DNA of 62,940 nucleotides, the filler included, from Candidatus Woesearchaeota archaeon (GTDB taxonomy: Archaea > Nanobdellota > Nanobdellia > Woesearchaeales > BM511): NCBI GenBank assembly GCA_023266675.1. It is 5 parts of 5 records of this genome, joined end to end, with 100 filler letters (N's around TTAATTAATTAA, not from the genome) between each part and the next. Parts side by side here need not be neighbours in the genome. Positions count along the whole stretch, not along the records: positions 50,851 to 62,940 come from JAHFPP010000043.1; 4 more parts are not named here. One strand, 5' to 3'. Every line of letters starts with the position of its first letter. Position 1 is the stretch's first letter. The position numbers and the translations under genes were made by a program. This document shows positions 56,163 through 62,940 of this stretch, in pieces. The notes under the pieces were generated by a model. It made no database searches, was not told where the DNA came from, and was given only the letters and a program-made list of their open reading frames with translations.

Positions 56163-56867
56163 TCATAATACTTTCAATATCCCTGGGCGTATTTCAAAGA
56201 TTTCTCCTTCTTCGATTAGTGAGGTTATTATTTCTTCGCAGTTTTTGATTTTGGAATCAAGTATGACTTCTTCATATGACACTCCAAAACCCGTGTCAAG
56301 GCTCTTTATTAGGCCAAGGACAAGCTCGTAAGGGTTTGACTGCGGCTGCAATACCATCTCATCTTTCTTAGGTATAACTACCTCTTTTTTTGATTCGAGT
56401 GTATTCTCAAATTCTTTTCTTTCTTCCTTGACAATATCTTTGTTTTTTGCTTCAAAATCCTTTACTTCGCTTTCAAGCTCTTTTTTACGGACTTGCACCC
56501 ACTTTTTATCATCAATTGCTCTTACAATTTCTGCAAGTATATACTTTTCTCCATTGTATTCTCTAACACGTCCTATAAGAATAACGATTTGTCCAACAAG
56601 AGGAGTTTTTAGCATTTCCTTGTTTTCAAAGCTTCTGACAGAAATCGAGCCTGTGGAGTCGTCAATCATTAAAGTGTCATAAGCGGATTCTTCTTTTGAA
56701 ACAACAACACCAATAATATTGACGCGTGACACGTGCCCTTTGTTTGTTGATACATAATTAGGCGTCCAGCCATCCTCCTTGACATATTCTCCTTCAATTA
56801 TATCAGAAATATTAACTTTAACTGCAATATTTCTCTTCACGTTTTGAGGATTGTTATTCTCTTCCAT
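56163..56867 (-). CDS. RPA32-like OB-fold plus winged-helix protein
   Basis: SRVNIIGVVV, IDDSTGSI, IGRVREY; C-terminal LIEEGEIFEIRPG. Confidence 0.85.
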   Translation of the reverse strand: MEENNNPQNVKRNIAVKVNISDIIEGEYVKEDGWTPNYVSTNKGHVSRVNIIGVVVSKEESAYDTLMIDDSTGSISVRSFENKEMLKTPLVGQIVILIGRVREYNGEKYILAEIVRAIDDKKWVQVRKKELESEVKDFEAKNKDIVKEERKEFENTLESKKEVVIPKKDEMVLQPQSNPYELVLGLIKSLDTGFGVSYEEVILDSKIKNCEEIITSLIEEGEIFEIRPGILKVL

Positions 56868-56876
56868 TTTTAGCTA

Positions 56877-58901
56877 TCAAATCTTTTGAAGGAAATCTCT
56901 TTTAGGTTCATAAACTTCGCCGGCACGTTTTAGCTTTTCAATAACTTCTTCAAGCTTATCCTTGTTTATGTTTTTGCTTTCAGCTTCCTTTATTATTTCT
57001 GCAAATGGAATTTCCTTTTTGAATTTCACGTCAAGTTCGTTGATTATTTCCTTAACTATTGATATTGCGCTTCTTTCTGACGCTGTTATTCCCGAGCTTA
57101 TCCTGTCAATGTCAATTTTTCCAGTTTCAGGGTCAAGACCGATTTGGGATAAGCAGTAATGCACAAGTTCAATTGAACGCTTAGCATCTTCTTTTGTTAC
57201 TTTTTCTGATAATCTTACCCTAGCTGATGCTTCTGAAAGTCGAACTAAAGCTTCAAGCTGTCTTGCAGTTATTGGAATCGCTTTAATTCCTGATTCTTCT
57301 TCACCACCTGAGTTTCTCATCTGAACATAATAGTTCTGGAGTTCTTCAACTGCTTCAGTTGTTAATTTTGGCTTTATTCTTCTTGCATAAGATACATATT
57401 TTTTTATGAGTTTAGTGTTTATTATTTCCGCATCCTTTAGCATGTCAATATTTTTATGAAGGTTAAGTATAAAGTTTGCCATCTTTGCGTCTTTATCCCT
57501 TGAAGGAAGATCTTTTATTGGAAATATCAGGTCAAATCTGTTAATCAAAGTGCTTGGAAGGTCTATCTGATTTGCTATAAGCCCATAAGGATCAAATCTT
57601 CCAAATTTAGGGTTTGCAGCTGCCAAAACTGCTGTTTCAGCATGAAGTGTTGCGTGGATGTTTGCTTTGGAAATGGAAATAGTCTGCTGCTCAAGCGCTT
57701 CATGCATTGCTGATGTATCCTCATCACTCATCTTATCCATTTCATCAATCATACACATACCTTTATTGGAAAGAACAAGAGCTCCTGCTTCAAGCGCCCA
57801 ACCGCCTAAAAATTCATCTTTTACAACTGCAGCCGTAAGTCCTGTTCCTGATGCTGATTTTCCTGCAACATATCGTGATTTTGGCGCAACTATATGCATT
57901 CTTTTTAGAAGTTGAGATTTTCCTGCTCCAGGGTCTCCAACGAGAAGTATGTGCATGTCTCCTCTTGTTGAAACTCCGTCATTTCTGGTTTTTTTGACGC
58001 CACCCATTAGTTGAAGTACAAGCGCAAGCTTTACCTTATCATATCCAAAAACTGACGGAGCAATTGACTGAGCAAGCTTGTCATATACTTTCTTGTCTTT
58101 TGCAATTATTTTTATTTCATCTTCTTCTTCTTGTGAAATTGTAAGCTGTGTAAAATCTTCTTCTATTGGAGTCACGTGATTTGTTTCAATCATCAAGTCA
58201 AATCTTGTGAGTTTTCCGCCGTCTTTTGATGGCATTGCAACTTCATTTAATACTCCTGTAATCTCAATTTTGCTTCCAGGATTTGTTCTTCTTTCTGAAA
58301 GAGGTGTTACTAAATCGTTTTTTAGAAAAATGTTAATTCTTTTTGGCTGCGCACCACCATCAAGGTCTTCTGCAGCTTCTTCAAGCACTATTTTTTGGGC
58401 GTCAACAAGCTCTTTTGACAGAAGTCTGAATTTTCCTTTTCTTCCACACCCACAACCTGAAGGTTCCTTGAATTTCTGGTCGTTTTGAAGTACTGGGATG
58501 ATATTTCCGCATGAAGGGCATTCAAATTTGGCGCTTGTTACCTGCGGTCTTACATCAGACTTTTGCCTGATAACACCTTTTAATTGTATCATTTTGTTTA
58601 GATGCTTATGCCTTATATTGCTGATTTCTATAATTTGGCTTTTTGGAAGGTTAAAAAAGCGAAGGGTAAACCCTTTTATGTCTCCTTCAAAATCAAATCT
58701 TTCTACAGCTATTTCGCCAGCTTTTAACACTTCTTCAGGGTTGTCAAGTAGGTCTTCAGCAAGTTCTGGCGAGAATTTTGAAAGTTCAGTTAAGTCTATA
58801 TCAATGAATTTATGACCTTTTGAGACCTGTTCAAATAAGGCTGCTTTGTAGTTTGTTTCCAAGAATTCAACAAAACTGCTTATTTGTTCGCTTGCTTCCA
58901 T
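56877..58901 (-). CDS. mcm: Replicative helicase MCM
   Basis: Zn finger; GDPGAGKSQ; IDEMDKM; AAANPKFGRF; TARQLEALVRL; no intein. Confidence 0.97.
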   Translation of the reverse strand: MEASEQISSFVEFLETNYKAALFEQVSKGHKFIDIDLTELSKFSPELAEDLLDNPEEVLKAGEIAVERFDFEGDIKGFTLRFFNLPKSQIIEISNIRHKHLNKMIQLKGVIRQKSDVRPQVTSAKFECPSCGNIIPVLQNDQKFKEPSGCGCGRKGKFRLLSKELVDAQKIVLEEAAEDLDGGAQPKRINIFLKNDLVTPLSERRTNPGSKIEITGVLNEVAMPSKDGGKLTRFDLMIETNHVTPIEEDFTQLTISQEEEDEIKIIAKDKKVYDKLAQSIAPSVFGYDKVKLALVLQLMGGVKKTRNDGVSTRGDMHILLVGDPGAGKSQLLKRMHIVAPKSRYVAGKSASGTGLTAAVVKDEFLGGWALEAGALVLSNKGMCMIDEMDKMSDEDTSAMHEALEQQTISISKANIHATLHAETAVLAAANPKFGRFDPYGLIANQIDLPSTLINRFDLIFPIKDLPSRDKDAKMANFILNLHKNIDMLKDAEIINTKLIKKYVSYARRIKPKLTTEAVEELQNYYVQMRNSGGEEESGIKAIPITARQLEALVRLSEASARVRLSEKVTKEDAKRSIELVHYCLSQIGLDPETGKIDIDRISSGITASERSAISIVKEIINELDVKFKKEIPFAEIIKEAESKNINKDKLEEVIEKLKRAGEVYEPKRDFLQKI

Positions 58902-58992
58902 TTAATCACATCACTATTATTAATTTGTCTCTTTTTTAGAGACCTCTCTTAAGTTATTTTTTATAAAAAAAATAAAAAGAAATTAAGCAAGC

Positions 58993-59649
58993 TTAGCTTA
59001 CTTTTTTTAAGTTCACTATGAGCATATCAAGTGCTTTATGAACTTCTTCTTCTGATTTTGTTCCTGTGCATACAACTTTTCCATTTGAGAAAAGTAGGAA
59101 CGTCGCTTTTGCAGCATTAAGCTTATAGACTAGACCAGGGAACTGTTCAGGTTCGTATTCTACGTTGTCAAGCTTCATTGCAAGTGAATTTAAGTTTAAA
59201 TCCATTCCAACTGAACCTGAAGCAACAATATTCTGTATCTTTATTATAGGCTTTATCTTTATATGTATTCCAATTTTTTCGAGGCTCTTGATTATTTTTT
59301 GAATTGATTCATGGACTTTGTCCATGCTTCGTGCGCCTGTGCATACAACTTTTCCTGATGAAAATATCAAAGCTGATGTTTTAGGGTCTTTTATCCTTAA
59401 AACTAATCCCGGGAACTGTTCTGGGTTGTACTCAGTGTTTGAGAGTGTTGCAGTCATTTTTTCTAAAGGAATATCATGCTCTAAGCTTGTTGAGACAACT
59501 ATATTTACAACTTCTATTGTTTTCTCAGTTGCTTTCATAACTTTTTTCTCTTTAACCTGTTTTACCTGCTTTTTTTCTTTTTTAACAGTTTTAGCTTTAA
59601 CTGGTTTAACGTATTTTTTTACAATTTTTTTCATATTACTTTTTTTCAT
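58993..59649 (-). CDS. tbp: TATA-box binding protein with a Lys-rich N-terminal extension
   Basis: Two YxPEQFPGLV / FSxGKVVCTG repeats. Confidence 0.97.
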   Translation of the reverse strand: MKKSNMKKIVKKYVKPVKAKTVKKEKKQVKQVKEKKVMKATEKTIEVVNIVVSTSLEHDIPLEKMTATLSNTEYNPEQFPGLVLRIKDPKTSALIFSSGKVVCTGARSMDKVHESIQKIIKSLEKIGIHIKIKPIIKIQNIVASGSVGMDLNLNSLAMKLDNVEYEPEQFPGLVYKLNAAKATFLLFSNGKVVCTGTKSEEEVHKALDMLIVNLKKVS

Positions 59650-59760
59650 TTTATCAACACCCCATTTATAAAGGATTTTTAAATAAGAATTAAATGCTTA
59701 TTTATAAAGGCTTGGGTTAATAAAGATACACTTTCCTTTATCTATTATGCAATAATTATG

Positions 59761-59865
59761 CCTCCTACGCTTCCTATGGAAGATGCAGGTTTTAACATCT
59801 AAGACGCAGAAATATGAGGTATCCTTAAATTCATGCTTATTTACCCTCCTACGCTTCCTATGGAA
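59761..59865. repeat. 21-bp direct repeat upstream of tbp
   Basis: CCTCCTACGCTTCCTATGGAA at 59761-59781 and 59845-59865. Confidence 0.85.
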
Positions 59866-59929
59866 CTTTTCTAAACAATATTCTCAAAATTAAGAAAGAA
59901 TAATATACTTTAAGCATATTAATGAATAT

Positions 59930-60229
59930 ATGAACCTGATTTTAGTTATAATACTCAATATTCTCATTATTTTGATATTTTTCATCAATCTGGCATATAT
60001 GCTTTTTATGTTTTACAGGGATATCCAACTTGAGCAGGCATCTTACGTCGGACAGGAGTCAGACGGCAAAAAGGATTATCTTGAAGGCTCTGTTGAACCA
60101 ATAATTCTTGATCAGTTAAGGGTGATAAGGGAAAAATATTATCTTAATTTCATTTTTGTTGAAGTTTCAGCAATACTCTTCTTTGCTTTTTGGTGCATAG
60201 TAATGTTCTATAAAATCCCTCTAACTTGA
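59930..60229 (+). CDS. Two-TM hypothetical protein
   Basis: Two hydrophobic segments. Confidence 0.55.
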   Translation: MNLILVIILNILIILIFFINLAYMLFMFYRDIQLEQASYVGQESDGKKDYLEGSVEPIILDQLRVIREKYYLNFIFVEVSAILFFAFWCIVMFYKIPLT

Positions 60230-60322
60230 CTTATCTTGAGCTTAAAGAAAGATTATTAAATAAATTGACAATTGTTTATACTATCTTATCTTATGATTTT
60301 TAGAATAATATTTGGTATAAAA

Positions 60323-61510
60323 ATGAAAAAAAGGATTTATTTGGACAACGGCGCTACAACAAGAGTTAATGATAAAGTTTTGAAAGAAATGATTCCTTAC
60401 TTCTCAGAGTACTATGGTAATGCATCATCTCTTCATACATCAGGTATTATTAGTGATGAAGCAATGAAAAAATCAAGAAACATAATAGCGAAGGCCATAA
60501 ACGCATGGAGTGATGAAGAGATAATATTTACTTCAAGCGGCACTGAAAGCAACAATTTTGCAATTAAGGGAATTGCATTATCGCCTAAAAATAAAGGAAA
60601 GCATATAATCACTACAAAAATAGAACATGACTCAGTGCTTAACACTTGTAAATGGCTTGAAACAATGGGGTACAGAGTTACTTATCTTAACGTTGATAAA
60701 TATGGTCTTATCAATCTTGAAGAACTTAAAAATTCAATTAAAAGCGACACAATACTTGTTTCAGTAATTCATGGAAATAACGAGATTGGAACAATACAGG
60801 ACATTGAGTCTATAGGAAAAATATGCAGAGAAAAAAATGTTATTTTTCACATAGATGCATGCCAAAGCTTTACGAAAAAAGAAATTGATATTAGAAAAAT
60901 AAATATTGATATGATAACAATAAATGCTCACAAAATTCATGGTCCAAAAGGGGTTGGAGCATTATATTTACGAAAAGGGGTAGAGATTGCTTCGCTTTTG
61001 CATGGAGGAGGTCAGGAGTTTAAGCTTCGGTCAGGAACATCAAACATTCCGGGAATAGTGGGATTTGGAAAATCAGTTGAAGTTGCAATGCATGATTTTC
61101 AGAAAAATAATGAAAAAATGGTTAAACTTAGAGATGACATGATTAACAGACTTTTAAAAATACCAAATACAATGCTTAACGGAGCAATTGGTGAAAAAAG
61201 GCTTTGCAATAATATAAATGTCACATTTGATTTTGTCGAAGGCGAAGCTATACTCATGCACCTTGACACTATGGGAATTGAAATCTCAACCGGATCAGCA
61301 TGCTCTTCAAAAAGTCTAAAACCTAGCCATGTACTGACATCAATTGGAGTCATTGATAATAAAGCTCATGGCTCAATACGAATAACACTCTCCAAATACA
61401 CAACAAAAAAGGAAATCGATTTTGCAGTAAAAAAAATTGTTGAAGTAGTTGCAATTCTTCGAAAAATATCTCCTTTGTCTATGGGAAAATTAAAAAATAA
61501 TATAAAATAA
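60323..61510 (+). CDS. iscS: Cysteine desulfurase (IscS/NifS group I)
   Basis: IYLDNGATT, HKIHGPKGVG, STGSACSS. Confidence 0.95.
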   Translation: MKKRIYLDNGATTRVNDKVLKEMIPYFSEYYGNASSLHTSGIISDEAMKKSRNIIAKAINAWSDEEIIFTSSGTESNNFAIKGIALSPKNKGKHIITTKIEHDSVLNTCKWLETMGYRVTYLNVDKYGLINLEELKNSIKSDTILVSVIHGNNEIGTIQDIESIGKICREKNVIFHIDACQSFTKKEIDIRKINIDMITINAHKIHGPKGVGALYLRKGVEIASLLHGGGQEFKLRSGTSNIPGIVGFGKSVEVAMHDFQKNNEKMVKLRDDMINRLLKIPNTMLNGAIGEKRLCNNINVTFDFVEGEAILMHLDTMGIEISTGSACSSKSLKPSHVLTSIGVIDNKAHGSIRITLSKYTTKKEIDFAVKKIVEVVAILRKISPLSMGKLKNNIK

Positions 61511-61647
61511 TACAGGAATTAAATAATAAAAACGTTTTGCATTATTGTTTCTAATAATATTTCTTTAATACTAATAAAAAACAATTTTAAAGTCAAAAAC
61601 CAGTTATAAAGCATAAGATTAAAATAAAAAACACAATTCTTCATGTT

Positions 61648-62451
61648 ATGAAAGGATGTGTTATAGTAAGATACTCGGAAATTGGACTAAAAGGCAATAA
61701 TAAATCAGATTTTGAAATGAAGCTTATAAGAAATATAAGGGCGCAGCTGAAAAATGAGGAGATAAAACCTGACAGCATCAGGCGTCTTTTTTCAAGGATA
61801 ATAATATTCACTGAGAAAAAACCATATTTAAAAAATGTTTTTGGAATATCCTCATTCAGTTATGCAAATATAATTCCTCCGACAATTGATGGTATAAAAG
61901 ATAATATTTCTACTCTCATAAAAGATTATACAAAAGACACTACATTTAGGATAAGTGTAAAGCGACTTGACAAGGATTTTCATCTTGACTCAATGGGTGT
62001 TGAGAGGGAAATAGGAGCATTTGTTGTGGAAAAAACAGGCGCAAAAGTTAATCTAAAAAATTTTGAAAAAGAGATCGGTGTTGAACTTCTTAAAGATGAA
62101 TTCATAATCTTTGATGAAAAAATCAGAGGCGCAGGAGGGCTTCCTGTAGGAATTGAAGGAAAAGCACTGGTGATGATTGACGATGAAAATTCAATTAAGG
62201 CAGCTATACTTTCAATGAAGCGTGGGTGCGAAATATTCCCTATAGGATTTTCTGAAAAGAACATTGACGAACTAAGAAAATATTCCCCAAATAAACTCGT
62301 TTTTCAAAAAGTAAAAAATTTTAAGGATATAGATGAAATTGGAAAAACTATAGACGCTAAAGCGCTTGTTGTCGGACAGACTTTTGAGAATTTTAAAGAG
62401 CTTGAAACAAATCTCTTGGTTTTAAGGCCTGTTGTTGCATTGACGTGGTGA
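61648..62451 (+). CDS. ThiI-like THUMP protein lacking the PP-loop
   Basis: VRYSEIGLKG.N..FE, VFGISS, KRLDK.F, GGLPVG.EGK; SGGxDS replaced by DDENS. Confidence 0.8.
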   Translation: MKGCVIVRYSEIGLKGNNKSDFEMKLIRNIRAQLKNEEIKPDSIRRLFSRIIIFTEKKPYLKNVFGISSFSYANIIPPTIDGIKDNISTLIKDYTKDTTFRISVKRLDKDFHLDSMGVEREIGAFVVEKTGAKVNLKNFEKEIGVELLKDEFIIFDEKIRGAGGLPVGIEGKALVMIDDENSIKAAILSMKRGCEIFPIGFSEKNIDELRKYSPNKLVFQKVKNFKDIDEIGKTIDAKALVVGQTFENFKELETNLLVLRPVVALTW

Positions 62452-62467
62452 GTAAAAAGGTGAGATA

Positions 62468-62662
62468 ATGATTGTATTTATTGAAAAAACAAACAAAGAA
62501 TTAAAAATAAAGTTTGAAGGTGATGTTAAGACCCTTCTTAAAAAAATAAATATTAATGCTGAAGAAATCATTGTTGTAAGAGGAAATGAACTTTTAAATG
62601 ACGATGAAATCCTCAGTGATAAGGACAGTATAAAACTGCTTTCAGTTGTAAGCGGCGGATGA
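62468..62662 (+). CDS. ThiS/MoaD/SAMP-type sulfur carrier
   Basis: 64 aa ending VVSGG. Confidence 0.9.
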   Translation: MIVFIEKTNKELKIKFEGDVKTLLKKININAEEIIVVRGNELLNDDEILSDKDSIKLLSVVSGG

Positions 62663-62716
62663 TTTTTTTAAATTCATTTTGTTAAATTATAATCTAAATT
62701 AAATCAGGGAATATCT

Positions 62717-62940
62717 ATGAAATGTAAATCATGCAAAAAAAGTTCAGTTATGTCCGGGTACTGTAAAGAGCATTTCATAAATTATTTTGAAAAAAAAGTC
62801 AAGGATACAATAAAAAAATACTCTCTTCTTTCAAAAAAAGACAAGATTACAGTTGGAGTTTCCGGCGGGAAAGACAGTCTTGCAACAGTATATATACTAA
62901 AAAAGCTTGGATATAATATTGAAGGTATAGCAATTGATGA
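62717..62940 (+). CDS. TtuA/NcsA tRNA 2-thiolation protein, N-terminal part (runs off the window)
   Basis: Read manually: [26 protein letters not shown]. Confidence 0.88.
   Translation, partial: MKCKSCKKSSVMSGYCKEHFINYFEKKVKDTIKKYSLLSKKDKITVGVSGGKDSLATVYILKKLGYNIEGIAID

Noticed and set aside
59761..59865. Mini-CRISPR
   Set aside because: Only two 21-bp repeats with a 63-bp spacer and no cas genes
16267..62264. Many 60-125 aa antisense or overlapping ORFs in the track (e.g. 22167..22544, 28304..28627, 51136..51507, 59318..59671)
   Set aside because: They lie opposite or within well-supported genes and show shadow-frame composition
1..62940. tRNA or rRNA genes
   Set aside because: No cloverleaf with a T-loop GTTCRA or rRNA signature recognised by eye; tRNAscan-SE or barrnap would be decisive

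Overview
The window is five assembly contigs joined by 100-bp artificial linkers (N44-TTAATTAATTAA-N44 at 13059, 26091, 38459 and 50751). Contigs 2-5 (13159-62940) come from a low-GC archaeon with a DPANN/Woesearchaeota-like gene repertoire: MCM, TBP, RPA, Hjc, Alba, eS1, eS17, Rpp30, Bud32, ArgRS, TrmB, a Tad/type IV pilus locus beside a 1695-aa Cys-rich surface protein, a sulfur-relay tRNA-thiolation operon, SelU/MnmH, a motif-degenerate PurL/PurQ and a four-gene phage-like glycine-rich cassette. Contig 1 (1-13058) is completely different. It is a phage-like array of about 40 tiny units, each beginning with one conserved motif (TTC-T7-9-N~8-YGACCTATAA-N4; 37 copies on +, 4 on -, counted by eye). 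Cargo starts at a fixed +13 position: 11 ORFs start exactly there, most others follow an A/C-rich leader with no Shine-Dalgarno sequence, and four units carry a related structured non-coding RNA instead of an ORF. Recognisable cargo (Lar-like, DUF932, a Cys/His papain-like protein) suggests an early host-takeover or anti-defence cassette array. Product calls come from motif recognition only; no database searches were run.
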